A stretch of 64,000 bases of DNA from assembly GCF_031769215.1 (NCBI RefSeq), contig NW_026781953.1, forward strand, positions 248,001-312,000, read 5' to 3'. Position 1 is the stretch's first letter. Each line of letters opens with the position of its first letter. The notes below the pieces were generated by a model that worked only from the letters and a program-made list of their open reading frames with translations, searched no databases and was not told where the DNA came from. This document shows, piece after piece, positions 24,316 to 38,337 of this stretch. The translations under genes and the position numbers were made by a program. Source of the DNA: Ylistrum balloti. Its lineage: Eukaryota.

Positions 24316-25700
24316 AGATTTTAACCCTCTCAGGGCCTGTAGACCTGACAAACTAACACAACAAACAACGACTCCATGTTCTGGTCAGCTGAAACAACAA
24401 CAAACAACATCTCCATGGTCTGGTCAGCTGACAACAACTCCATGGTCTGGTCGGCTGACAACAACTCCATGGTCTGGTCAGCTGAGACAACAACTCCATG
24501 GTCTGGTCAGCTGACAACAACTCCATGGTCTGGTCAGCTGAGACAACAACTCCATGGTCTGGTCAGAAAAGCAACAACAAACAACAACTCCATGGTCTGG
24601 TCAGCTGAAACAACAACAAACAACAACTCCATGGTCTGGTCAGCAAAAACAACAACAAACAACAACTCCATGGTCTGGTCAGCAAAAACAACAGCAAACA
24701 ACAACTCCATGGTCTGGTCAGCTGAAACAACAACAATCAACAGCTCCATGGTCTGGTCAGCTGAAACAACAACAAACAACAACTCCATGGTCTGGTCAGC
24801 TGAAACAACAACTCCATGGTCTGGTCAGCAAAAACAACAGCAAACAACAACTTCAAGGTCTGGTCAGCTGAAACAACAACAAACAACAACTCCATGGTCT
24901 GGTCATCTGAAACAACAGCTCCATGGTCTGGTCAACAAAAACAACAACAAACAACTCCATGGTCTGGTCAGCAAAATCAACAGCAAACAACAACTCCATG
25001 GTCTGGTCAGCAAAAACAACAGCAAACAACAACTCCATGGTCTGGTCAGCTGAAACAACAGCTCCATGGTCTGGTCAGCAAAAACAACAACAAACAACAA
25101 CTCCATGGTCTGGTCAGCTGAAACAACAAACAACAACTCCATCTGAAACAACAGCTCCATGGTCTGGTCAGCAAAAACAACAACAAACAACAACTCCATG
25201 GTCTGGTCAGATTTTAACCCTCTCAGGGTCTGTAGACCTGACAAACTAACACAACAAACGACTCCATGTTCTGGTCAGCTGAAACAACAACAAACAACAG
25301 CTCCATGGTCTGGTCAGCTCAAACAACAACAAACAACAACTCCATGGCAAAAACAACAGCAAACAACAACTTCATGGTCTGGTCAGCAAAAACAACAGCA
25401 AACAACAACTCCATGGTCTGGTCAGCTGACACAACAACTCCATGGTCTGGTCATCTGAAACAACAACTCCATGGTCTGGTCAGCAAAAACAACAACAAAC
25501 AACAACTCCATGGTCTGGTCAGCAAACACAATACCAAACAACAACTCCATGATCTGGTCAGCTGATACAACAACAAACAACAACTCCACGGTCTGGTCGG
25601 CTGACATAACAACTCCATGGTCTGGTCAACAAAAACAACAACAAACAACTCCATGGTCTGGTCAGCAAAAACAACAACAAACAACTCCATGGTCTGGTCT
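24316..25700. repeat. Variable-length minisatellite (core acaactccatggtctggtcagc plus (AAC)n) with a higher-order duplication
   Basis: Header agattttaaccctctcaggg(c/t)ctgtagacctgacaaactaac occurs at 24316 and again at about 25208. Confidence 0.95.
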
Positions 25701-26599
25701 GCTGATAAAAAATTCCATTTTCTTGTCAACAAAACAACAACAAAAAAGAAGTCAATTCATTATATATCATTATGAATGACATTTTATTGCAAATTATCTG
25801 TTATCTTAAATGAATACAAAAGAAAGTTTTCACTCTTCCTTATCGCCATAAACATTATTCATTACAAAGTATTGGTAAAGTTATTATCGTGACACAATGA
25901 GTTACTTGTACAAGATGCCACATACTAAAGTTGTATGACAAGTTTGTGATCTGTGCTAGAATCCCATATTGTGTGACCTTTAGCATGACCTTCAAGGTCA
26001 TCGAGTCAACAACTTGCCAAGTAATATAATTTTCTTATATAAATATTGTATATCTTATTCATGGCATAAACATGTATGTCAAACTGACTAAATATTAACA
26101 GTCATGATGATTATCACCAAAGTCAAATATTCAGAGTTTACTTAAAAAAATCATTTCAAACATTATATGAATAGGTCAAAGGTTAAAGCCATTGATTTAC
26201 AAAAGTCGGGCATAAAGAGTGTTAACAGTAGGTATTGCATAGTATAGACAGAGTGATGCTGTTGTAGGCGTGGAGTGTACCATCTAGGAAGACGATTCTA
26301 AAACACAGAAATAAATTGTTTATAAAACACCCATCCTTTGGAAGTTTTAATGTAATACTACAAGTTAAGAACCATAAAAAAATTTAATGTATTATCAACA
26401 GTTAAGAACTTACAAAAGTTGTAAAGAGAATGACAAAAGTTATTTTCTTGTTTCATATGCCTGCTTAGCTGCATTTGTTGACAAGCTTACCAGGATGGTA
26501 TGTTCCTTCCCAGAAAAAGATTTACATTTCTAGATCAAGGATTCAGTCATCCAATACACTGAACAAGCTTTAGCTACAATGTATTATGGATATGAAAGA

Positions 26600-26995
26600 C
26601 TTTGTTTACCTGATGCCAAATGGAGCAGGAAATTGACAACTTCCTGTTTACCAGATGCCATGGTGCAATAAATTATCAACTTCCTGTTTACCAGATGCCA
26701 TATGTTGCAGGAATTGGCAACTTCCTGTTAACCAGATGCCAAATGGTGCAGGAAATAGTTCACTTCCTGTTTACCAGATGCCATATGGTGCAGATAATTG
26801 TCAACTTCCCATTTACCAGATGCAATATGGTGCAGGAAATTGTTAACTTCCTGTTTAACAGATGCCATATGGTGCAAGAAATTGTCAACATCCTGTTTAC
26901 CAGATGCCATATGGTGCAAGAAATTGTCAACATCCTGTTTACCAGATGTCATATGGTGCAAGAAATTATCAACTTTCTGTTTACCAAACCATATG
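26600..26995. repeat. 42-bp minisatellite, about 9 copies
   Basis: Unit tttaccagatgccatatggtgcaggaaattgtcaacttcctg. Confidence 0.95.
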
Positions 26996-27194
26996 GTAGA
27001 GTAAATTATAAACTTTCTGTTTTCTTCACTGTTTGTTTTGCAGATAAACCTGTTCATCTGCACAAATTTAAATATAACATTATTTCATTTTATTTAAAAA
27101 GATTTTGTCAAAGCTTGTCAGAAAACAAAACCAGGTCATAAGGTCTGCTTTGTAACTAAACATCAGATCATACCATTTGATCCCTGTTCAACAG

Positions 27195-27385
27195 AAATGG
27201 CCACATGGCTTCCTGTGTCATCCTGTGACTTACTGTGTACTAGCAAGATGTCAGAGTACAGAGAGAACAGCTTCTTTGAAACTTATATTGATGATTCTGG
27301 AGTCTTGACTTGTCAATTTAGCTCTTCAACTGATGATTTTAACTACTTGAAAAACACCATAAGAAAGTCTCCTACAGTGGGTTAA
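27195..27385 (+). CDS. Possible terminal exon of an unidentified plus-strand gene
   Basis: Acceptor gatccctgttcaacag| then an open frame MATWLPVSSCDLLC...SPTVG*. Another candidate exon at about 27043-27135 (ttttgcag|AT AAA CCT). The two do not join cleanly and I recognise no homology. Confidence 0.25.
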
Positions 27386-30300
27386 GAAATAACTCTTCAC
27401 TACATGATAATATTAAGACATTCTTTAACATCCGAACTACGATGGTACATACGGAGCTGGATTAGTATGGTGTCCACTTCAAAAATTCTTTGACCATAAT
27501 AAAAGATCACACAATGGCACAATTTTGGAAATTTGGAAGACACCAGTTCCCAAATCATCAAATAGCTGGACATGAGAAACAAATATTACGATCATGGCAG
27601 CTGTATATATACATGTTTGAGAAATTTGGGTGGCTTTAAAAAATATATATAATCCAATATCATTGATAACATATAAAATGATAAAATCTAGCTGTTTTTT
27701 TCTTTTTTTTTTTTCAAATTCAATCATGTTACAGATGAAACATCTCTGTACATACACAACACCATCATATGTTTCTCTGCCTATATAAAGCTGCACATCT
27801 TGAGTTCAGGAAATAGCTTTGTAGTCGACATTCTTGCTTGTACTGAAGATAAGCCAAGGCTCAGTGTTAAGCCTATCCTTATCATACAGATTTCACAGCG
27901 TGTCATTTCTTGGAACACATTTTTTTTTAATAAGACTTGATTCAGAATTCCAAAATTGAACAATCCATGTACCAAATTTTCTGGATTTTTCATGGGTAAC
28001 AAAAAGCACTGGTACAAAAATCAAATATCCCATAATTAAAAACATTTTGTAAAATTTATTTGTTATTATTTAGTATGAAGTATCAGCATGATTGAAAAGT
28101 GAAAAAAAATTGTCAACAATTTGTAACTATTTACCTTACGTAGGAATGGTTGTTAAGACTGCTACATGGAATATCAACCATATACCAGGTAGATTATAAA
28201 ATCTTCAGTATTGTACATGTACATCTCATCAAACAGTAGTAATCGCACACACCATTATAATGTTGTCTTAAAAAATCTATTGTTCTAACTCCACTATACT
28301 TTTACCACTATGAACTAAGGTGGAAACCGAGAAAAAAAAATCTTCAATGGTGATTAAGTCAGCCCTAATCGAAAGAGTTTTTTTTTAATCTGTTGAAATA
28401 ATTGTGAAGAATAGCATTTGAAACTTATGATTACAGTTTAATACTACATGAAATTCTAAAGCAGCAGCAGCATTTCATTCTCTTTGTCAGCGACAATTCT
28501 AATCAATATTTTATCATAAACACGACAAATCAATAAAAATCAAAGCAATCCATCCCAGAATCTTGATATTTTAGCTCACAAGATAATTTTTTTGAAATAT
28601 ACTGCAGGCAAATGTGTCTATATAGGTAACAGAAAGGAAATTTCAAGGCACTTCATCAATGCTATCAATGTAATGCCATTTATGTGTAATGCTTTTTATA
28701 TGTTAATTTAATACTTTATCAAATGGTTGAGAACAACACGTAAGAATTTTTGGAATCTAAATATGTATCTCTTTTTAGACTTAATTCTTCAACAATTCTA
28801 AAATCTATGGTAACTATGACTCCTTAATTTGTGATCCTCTGTGTAATTTACTACTAATTACCAGTCATATGTAACTGCATATTTAGATCACCACAACAAT
28901 GTTAAGGACAAGTTAAGGATGTATGCTACCTTGTCATCATATACATTATGTAACTCCTTTCCAAAAGAGTTCCGTAGTCATAAAGCTGTAACAAAGTGTA
29001 TAATTGAAATGTCATTATATAGTCATTAAATTGATGACAAATACAACATTTCACAAGAATGCATATTTTGATAAAATCAACGCAAACAGTTACCAAGGGA
29101 GATAACTTATAACAAGAGTTAACAGTAAGATGTGGAAAGTAGCAGCAAGGAATCCTAAACTTGTAACAAAATAATCAGTGTAAGGAATAAACTTCAGCAT
29201 GTAGGAATGCATTAGATCAATGTAATTTTTTTATCTCAATCATTGTTCAAAGAAGCAAAGATCACAAATAAGGCAAAAAATTAAGTTTCCCCTTTAAAAA
29301 GGTCTTGGTCGGGTCACAAACGAAGGGACACAACTCTTATGATACCAAGACCTATATTATTGAAACACACTACACATCCATACACGTAAAAAAAGTCTCT
29401 CACACTAGAGTATTAGCACAGATCAATTTCAACTATGTACAAGAATCAAATTATGACATTTTGAGAAAAGCATACACAAATTAGTGTAAACAAAAATATT
29501 CTTAAGAAAGACAAGTAAATTGATGATATCAACATACATGTTTATACCGGTATAGACATATATACATACATGTACATTTCATCTATTACACATTTTTATA
29601 TATATAAAAAAAAACATCAAACAAATGGAAAATTCTGCTTACAAGCTTCTAACTATGTATATAATCTAGATATTGCGTAAATAATGAAAAATCAGTCACA
29701 TGAATATCCCATAAAGCAGTGATTTGAATATACATGTAGAAAAGAGAGTTAAACCGCACTGCAGCATTTGAACACAATTCTTTGCTAACTGTGTATTTGG
29801 CACCTGTACTCTTTCATCAGAAATAATGACACTGAATGGTAAAGTAGAGAAAACTTTGAAGATTATCTATTAAAAATTGGTGTAATAAGCCATTATAAGG
29901 GCATACAGTCACATGGTCTGAGTGCCAGAAGTGTGACAAGCCGTAAAATGAGAGGTACGTATCAAGTGAATTGGCCTAGTATAGAATTCTCACATCCGGA
30001 CAAGTTCTAAAGAATGTACCTAAGGATATAAAGTTGACTTTACCTCGTCTTCCATGACAGAGAATGGATAAACGGTAATTTATAAAGAACATCCTACAAT
30101 AAATCCTTCCTTCCATCCATCAACAAGATTTGATTTTAAGATACAGAAAATTTGAAATATTGGCCAATTTTCCATTTAGGGGCCAACCTAAGCCCTTAGG
30201 GTAATGAACAGTACACCAAAATTTTACAACAGTATACCAACCTCCACTAAGAAAAATACACAAAGATTGAAAAGTCTTGAACCAGCTTTCTAGTGGAAGT

Positions 30301-33300
30301 AAAAGTTTACTGTCAACAAATAATGCACTAGATTTAGTGAAAGTGACTGGTTAGGTTACATTTTTGTTTCACTTTTTTCATATATATATATATATTAATA
30401 TTGATAAGTCTGCAAAAAACATACATATTCAAAATTGAAATAAATGATGGATGTGAATATAATTATCTGACTTTCCAATACATGTACATAAACAAAATTC
30501 AAAGCACCTTCCCAAAAATTTTTATCTTATTATTACACTGATAAATATCATTCAACAATATTCTTGCTTTAGCATCAAGTTTACAAACTTTAATCAGGTA
30601 TAGACTAAAACAAAATGAATTTCACAAAATAAATCATGATGAGACAATTCAATCAACAAAGGCTTATCAAATAACAAGAATCCCAGCAAGGATGTTCGAG
30701 ATTTGCTCCAGTTTACTGCTATAGGTTTGACTTAAGGAGTCACCCTACCTTATAGTTAAAGAGTTCTACAGTATATCTTAGTTGATTTGTCATTTACAGT
30801 AGTTACTTGCATACTAGAAAGGTACACAAGGCAGGTAGAAGCAATAATTTATATGTTAAAGTTTAAGCGGATAGAAAATTGCGATAGACAATTCAAACTC
30901 AAATTAATGATCTGCTAGGAGAGGTAGTGTTTACTCTACCACGACAAACCTAATCAGTAAATATCTCAATCATCAGTAAATATTCACTCACTCATCAGTA
31001 AATATTCACCCAAGTGTTTATCTTACCATAGCAAACCTAATCGGCAAATATTCACCCCAAATGTTTACCCTACAACACCATAACTAAGTAAATATTCATT
31101 CAGGTTCTACTCACATATCTAATTTTTTTTTAAAAATCCTTTTTTTTTAGAGTGGCAGAACATTTACATTTATTGATCTTTAATCTGCCCACTTTTGGTT
31201 TATTCCCACAGCTGTGAATTAGTTTTTATTTCTACAACAATCTACCATACATTATGTCCTGTATAAATATCTAAATATAATTAAATACTCAATATAGTAC
31301 TAGTGCTACTCCAGTGAAGGATAATATTCTCCCATTATAAATCATGTGTATTTTAAATAATTCTGATCACCATTAGATTTTAAATATTGATCACCAATAA
31401 ATGTTAAATATTGATAAAATCATGAATTACTATTACATACAAAAAAAAATCAATCCTATATATTTATATCAAATTACAAAATACATGTATTGACTATGTA
31501 AAGTATTCAATAATATCCCCATTAAAAATTCTCCATACAGTAACACCAAATTTTCTAACTTTACAGTTCAAGACAATTTTGAAATTTTGTACCAATATGT
31601 CACAAAAAACTTTAATACAAAAAGTAAATGTTGACAAGCCTGTCTCACAAATAACTTTATAACTGGTTTAATGAAAAAGTCAGCTTTAGTAACAGAACTG
31701 GGGTCGACAGTAATAACACTAAGGTGTAATCAATGTATAATTAATCTGGATGGAAAAGTTAAAAAAAAAACAAAACAAAAAAATCAAAACCATGAATAAC
31801 ATGTTGACCAAGGCATGAATTAGCAAGGCAAGGCATGGATATAGGAAATGTTTTCTAACCACCATTTACCATATCCAGAATGACTGATAAAGTGCTGTCA
31901 TACAGACTCGCTAAGTAAAGAGAACTGTTTTTGTACTTCTTCCTAGGTTGTGACATGTAACCATACAATTCTTCCTACAACTGATGTAAGGGAAATCCTA
32001 CTTCAGTTATTTCGAGGTAAAAGGAATCTTTTGCTTAGTCTCAAAATTTTTCTACTTTCTCTAATTAATAATATAATGTTCTCCTACCCTGAGGGTGTGA
32101 CAGAGGTGCTGTATACAGTATAAGCTGTAACACATACCAGGTATAGAGACACATTGTACTTACGATATTAGAATACTCAAGTCTAGTGTAAAACAATCAG
32201 CTTTATACAGTTAATGTGCTGTTAATAACATGATGTAACAAATCTGTCTGTTAACATTTGTGTTACTCAGCATTAGATAGAACTAAAATTCAAACACACA
32301 GCTTGTATCAGATAAGTTTCCTATTCAGAATATACCAGTATCATTTTACAATTTTTCTTGCCCTATTTGCGATAAAATAATTTTAAATTACATCCCTCAA
32401 ATTTAGCCATCCTTCCTACCAATCAATCAAAGTTAAAGTTAAGAATTAAAGCATACATACATATTAGATGGCTAGCTTATCTTAATCCAGAGCATGGTAA
32501 ATAGAACATTAGACATGATATACTGTAAATTACTTAAGATTCCCTGAATACTTTTTTTCGCAAAAGCTGATATTTTAATATGCGAATGATCAGCTATCAG
32601 AGATATGAAACTGTGAGACTCCAATGTCGGCTACGAAGTCAAAATTGATGCTATCCTGAGTTGTTTTTATACGAATTGTAGCAAGAGATTTTAATCTGCA
32701 ATGGTTTCTTTGCATATTGATGTGAAAACAATTCGCACATGAAATTTACAGTTTAAGTCTCACTAGTACATCGAAACAAATCTTTGGCTTCAGCTGTCTC
32801 TGGAGTGAAGAAAATTATTAAATTAGAATTACCACAATCAAGATCGTCTCTTATCAAAACCTTCATTTGATGTCTAAACTTCACATTTCAGTAATATGAC
32901 TTCAAAAGCATCTTTTTTAAAAGTAATATTAACTGGTACCTACACAAATTTAACTATAATCTGATATATCTGTCTAGCAAAGCACTGAAAATCAAATAAC
33001 AAGATTAACCACATCAAAAATTTCATCAACAAACCATATCGGTAATATTTTATAATAAATCATAACAGTAATACAATGAAGTCGTTACAACAGACAAGAG
33101 AATATCTCATTAAGTCGGGCAAGAGTTACCCAACTTCATTTGAAATATATAATGAAAAATTCTCATTTATTTCAGATTTTGCATCTATAAGTTGTAAAAT
33201 CTTGCAAAAGAAGAAAAATGAAAGAAAGATAGAAAGAAAGAAAGAAAAATAAAGAAAAAAGGAAGAAGAAAATAGAAAGAAAAAGGAAGGAAAAAGAAAG

Positions 33301-34583
33301 AAAGAAAAAAGGATTTTCATTACTTTTGGTAAAATATTTGTACATGTTGAAAAACCATGACAGACTACATCTGAAATTAAAAAAAAACCTCATTATTTCT
33401 AATCTTAATACTAAATATTTCAATAACGTGACATTTTGTTTTGAACAAAAGGTAGCACTACTTGTACTAAGAGGAAAGGCACTTGATCACTATAGATATT
33501 TATACTGTTACAGTTCTAACACAGGTTTCTACTTTGATATTTGCAATCATGAACATAAAATGAAAATTGACCTATTGAAAACTGACCTAACAGCTAATAA
33601 TATCCACACACCTTCTACCAGAACAGCACATCTATAGTGATTTGGTCAGGAAAGTATAAAGCAGAGTTACTAAATTAACGATGGATATCACACAAAAAGA
33701 CACCATTTTTATGCAACTTTTTAAAAAGTTTAGACAAAAATTAATAAACCAATTATTTTCTTCATGCATTTTAAAATTCAATTTGATAATCACCAAAAAA
33801 GTATTGAGCCTGAAATTTGTGACATCTGAAGACATATACCAAACAAACTAAACATTTATCAGCTTTTAGTTCTGAGAAATGAATTAATCTTTTTTAATTG
33901 TTATATGATCTTAAGAATTTCTCTAAACACCATTGAAAATGAAAGCTAAATGACGTCTTTGTCAATTCATATGTTTCCAACCAACTTGTGTCCCATTCAG
34001 AGGAAGAGAATTCCTCAATAAATTTCCTAATTGCGTCTATTTTGAATGCAATTCATTCTTTCCTGCCAGTTCATAAATCCAAGCACATATTCTAGATATC
34101 ATTGAGAATTTTTACAAAAAATACATACATATGTATCATATGTACAACAGCTGGTGGTACTCATAAAAGATTTACCAGCAAACACTGACTAGGTATTTAG
34201 GGGCTCCGTAGGATTTAGTATTTTTGCTCTTTGTTTGTTTTTGGGGTTGGGAGGGGGTTGTGTGAAACTTATCTAGATTTGTAAGGGAGCTATGCCACAG
34301 TATGTCTGGAAGACATGGTGAAACCAGCAGTATTATGATACACAACATTAACATTATTTCTCACATTCAACTTTTATCAATATTTACACCCCTGCCTTGT
34401 CAAGTGTCTTCACAAGCTATGCTTTCTCACCAATCAAAGATAAAACACTTAACATAAACTGTGCGTTTCATTCCAATCAAATTTTCCACTTTTGGTCATT
34501 ATTTGTAACAAGGGGAAAACAGTTCTGGCTAAGTGTGGAAATAAAATTTCAAAGTCAATGAATTTTAAAGAATCTTGCTCCTG

Positions 34584-34846
34584 TTAAACCATGATTACAT
34601 CATCAGCACTTCCAGTATTTTCTTCTGTATCAGGGGGAGTTGTCTCCCCCTTGTTGCCATTGCTATCTTCCTTGTCTGCATCTTTGCTATTGTCTCTATC
34701 TTTGTCCCCATTCACAGATAATTTCTCAGTTGAATCTGCCTTTTTGTCAGAGGACACTGAAACGGGAGATAACTCTTCTGAGGTTGTGGACACGTTCATG
34801 GGATCATGAACTGATCGATGTTTCCATTCCAAAGAGTTTTCTTTTT
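34584..34846 (-). CDS. CARMIL: CARMIL/LRRC16, last coding exon (…SADDVIMV*)
   Basis: ttttctcag|AA phase 1; stop at 34584; hydrophobic C-terminus resembles vertebrate CARMIL1 …EFIFV. Confidence 0.8.
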
Positions 34847-34889
34847 CTGAGAAAAAAAAGCAAAAAACATATGAATGAATTGATTGGAT

Positions 34890-35550
34890 TATATAACAAA
34901 GGGCAATAACTCTGTAATTATGAGGTTTAAGGCACTGGATTGTGGTACACTGCTTGTACTACCTTTCGGTGTCTCAGTATGATCAATGCATACACAAAGT
35001 TTCCTTATCCCAGTTTACTTGAAAGCCAAGTAAAGCTATGGATATAAAATTTTAAGAAAGGGCACTAACTCTGTAATTATTCAGTTTGAATTTGGTACAC
35101 AGCATATCTTCTTATTATGACTAATGTATACATCAAGATTCATTACCCTAGCTTAAATGACCTCAGAGTTATGTTCTGGACTGAAAATTAAATCAAAGGA
35201 CAATAACTCTGTAATTAAGGGGTCAAGGGTCAAGAATTTGATCCATGGCACATTGCTTTTGTATACTTAATGTATATATCATATTTCATTATCATATTTA
35301 AACGCAGGCCAAATTATTAACAAAATTTAAACAAAAGGGCAATAACTCTGTAATAAAGGATTTGTGGTCCCTGAATTTGGTAACTACATATTATCTTAGT
35401 ATGACCAATGTATACACTAAAGTTCATGATTGTTGCTTTTACTTTGGGCAAAGTCATGCTTCAGACACGAAAAAATGAATGGAAAGATGGACAGACAGAC
35501 AAGGCAGCAACTATCTGCTCCCCCCAAAAATATTTGGGGAGCAGAAAAAA
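34890..35550 (+). mobile_element. Helentron/HINE-like non-autonomous element (intronic)
   Basis: Internal repeats aaagggcaataactctgtaatt, (GACA)n, terminal hairpin tctgctcccc...ggggagcaga (35514-35545), then an A-run. Confidence 0.6.
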
Positions 35551-35676
35551 TCATAAAAAACTATTGATACAGTGAAAAGTGATTTCATTTTTTCTTTTTC
35601 AAAATCTCTTGTACTGGTATAGTTGAAAATAAGTCAGTGATGTGTTACACCATTCAAAATTTTAAACCATAAATAC

Positions 35677-35871
35677 CTTTACTTATATTAGGTAAGGACT
35701 GATCTCTGGGTAGGGAGCTGCTCTTTTTCTTTAACTCTGGTGGTGGAGCGCTCATGTCCAGCCCCATTTTCTTTATTTTGTCTTCCACAGACAGCCGTAA
35801 GGTCTTTGAGTCCACTACTACACCTTCCTCCGTCTTCTTACCATCTGCTGACTTCTCACCATCAAAGGACT
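35677..35871 (-). CDS. CARMIL: CARMIL exon (ESFDGEK...LPNISK)
   Basis: 195 nt, AG/GT, phase 1-1, open. Confidence 0.8.
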
Positions 35872-36446
35872 CTGCTCAAATAGTTTACATAACAAAAGTA
35901 AATACATGGACAAAAAGGGAGTTATATGTTACTGTTACATATCACATCCTTGATACAATAGGGGTTACGCTCACTATCACTCTCTGCACCCCTAGAACAT
36001 GTCATGACAAAATTGAAGGCACTGTGTGACACCTTATGGATAAAATGAATAGTCTAGTTTGATTCTTTGAAAGAAATAAAAAAAAATCTCAAGGTCGCAT
36101 AACACTATGGTGTACCTGCGTGGAAGTTTGGTGTCACTCCTCTGTAATCTTTAAAGAAGGGTATTTGTCTGTGTTTGGTCAATTTTTTTTCTCCTGTAAC
36201 CCTGCTCTAGACCAATCAAATAACTTTGCTTGTGTCTTTAGTTTTACTATGAAACATTCCTGGGAAGCAGAGAGCGAAAATAAGCGAAACCCCAAGACTA
36301 TCGAGGATGGCTATTTCATAGCTGTCACAAAATTCTTTTAAAAAAATGTGATATACGAGTACATTTGTACATGTATCAAACTTTCAGGTATTAAATATCT
36401 CACACATTGCTTTAAAACCAAATCAGCAGGTTGATTTCACTCTTAC

Positions 36447-36554
36447 CATCACTGGTAGAGCTCTGATTGGAACTGGTGCGTGGTGAGCTGCCCGGTTTGT
36501 TTGGAGGTTTTGGTGGGCGTGGCTTCAACAGCGGAGGTGGAGGTTTCTTCACGT
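36447..36554 (-). CDS. CARMIL: CARMIL proline-rich exon (DVKKPPPPLLKPRPPKPPNKP…)
   Basis: 108 nt, tttcag|AC ... G|GTAAGA, phase 1-1. Pro-rich segments of CARMILs are known to bind myosin-I SH3 domains. Confidence 0.85.
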
Positions 36555-37149
36555 CTGAAATAATATAAAACCGATAGAATAGTCAGTGATGCTGAAAGCT
36601 CTATTAAACAGTTTTGTAGAAATGTCGTAGATCTCATTGATTTCTTTTCAAACTAGCATTGCTGTTGCTGGTCTCTGTCTTCGTGCAAACAACACATTTA
36701 GAAAAACAGTCATGAAAAATAAACCTACGGCACAGTACAGTACGGCAATCTCTTATTCACTGGATAATTTCTACATTAATTCAACTTTGTCTTCTGAGAC
36801 CTCCATATTAAGGGCTTCATCCTGACAGCTGATAAATAGGACATGTAGGGGGGAAAGTGTTTTTTCAAGAAAAGGTGATATTAACCAGAAAGTGACAATA
36901 AGCAAATTAGCACAATGCATCCACAATAATTACTGATATGTAAAGAGTGTATACATACCAGCAAAATTTGAAATGGTGTTTTAAAAGAAGACAACTTTTG
37001 GTACAGGTCTTGAAGATCAAGTCTGATCAAAGAAATTGAGAAAGTAAGAAATATAACACATGGAAAATTTCAGACAAGAAGAAGGTGATCCTCTGATTCC
37101 AGCAAAATAACCCAATCCTTTCTTCCTGACTTTTGTTGTTGGGGATTTA

Positions 37150-37295
37150 ATTGACAAATGTTGGGGGGTATCACAGGGATATTTCCACACGCGAGGTCAC
37201 AAAATGTTGTTTAACAAGAGGCTTTGCCGAGGGTTCTACCACATTTTGTGAATCCCGAGGGTGAAATATCACATCCTTCACATATCCTATAATAC
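37150..37295. mobile_element. Palindromic MITE-like element
   Basis: tatttccacacgcgaggtcacaaaatg ... cattttgtgaatcccgagggtgaaata form imperfect inverted arms; related copy at 58545-58700. Confidence 0.5.
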
Positions 37296-37299
37296 CTAC

Positions 37300-37498
37300 C
37301 TCCAGACTTTCTGTCTCCTGTTCCGGCATTCCCTACCACTTCCTCTACATCTGAGCGACGATTACGTGGTGCAGGTTTGGGTTTTGATGCTATTGATGGA
37401 GGCCTTGAAGATCCATTGGGTTGAGGTGAAGGGGAACTAGCTGTAGATCCTGCCCCTGGCGACGTGGCTGTTGGAGAATCATCTTCATCCAAAATATT
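37300..37498 (-). CDS. CARMIL: CARMIL exon (NILDEDDSPT...RKSG)
   Basis: 199 nt, phase 0-1, G|GTAGGT. Confidence 0.85.
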
Positions 37499-37633
37499 CT
37501 AAATTAGGAAAGGAAAATATTACAAAATAAATTCAAACTTACTGTGACTACAACTTCTCCTGAATGTTCTTTCTTGCTTCCTTCATTCATAAAAGCAAAC
37601 TTAATGCTATCCTCAGTAAAATTAACGACATAC

Positions 37634-37887
37634 CCCAGAGAATCGTTTGGTCTGCAGCATCTGTTGCATCATGCTCTCCCCGAATCCCATAGGTTTGCCT
37701 CTTCCTAAGCCATACTTGGGTTTCAAGGCTTGTTTAGGCTGCCTTGGCTCCTCTGGTTCAGGGTCTGGCTTTGGTTCAGCCTTGGGTTCAGTCTGAAGTT
37801 CAGGAGAAGGTTCATGTTTGACCTGTGGTTCAGGTGTTGGTTCCCTTGCCACCTCCTTCACTGTCTCAGCAGGCTTTTTCTCAGCTT
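37634..37887 (-). CDS. CARMIL: CARMIL exon (EAEKKPAETV...TKRFSG)
   Basis: 254 nt, phase 1-0, GGG|GTATGT. Confidence 0.85.
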
Positions 37888-38337
37888 CTGCAACAGCCCA
37901 GACAAGTAACAGTCAACTAGGTGGGTTTTTTTTATATGGTCCGTAAGTTTATCAACATATTCATCTTAAGTGGCCTATGAAAACATCAACAAAAGTATTG
38001 AGTAATTTGAACAATCAAAGTTTGATTCATAGAAGTCAATAAATAGTCGATAATATAAACACACTTGGTAGCCCTTCATATCACCATGTTACAGGCCAAA
38101 TATAATCAATATTGGTCTTTTGGTTACTTGGAAGAAGTCAATTAACGAGTTTGACATATTTGGTACCTGTGACTTTGAAAGTAGGTCAAGGTCAATAATA
38201 TGAGAAGATGTGATAGCACAGCATCCCAGGATACCACTGGCTCAATATAAGCATTCTGTGCTATTTGTTTATTCAGAAGAAGTCATTTCAACACATTTAA
38301 CCCCTGTGACTTTGAAAGTGGGTCAAGGTCATTCATT

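Noticed and set aside
24308-25779. CRISPR-like look (constant core with variable spacers) and many Q/T/N-rich ORFs
   Set aside because: The spacers are (AAC)n slippage variants, not unique sequences; eukaryotic context and no cas genes.
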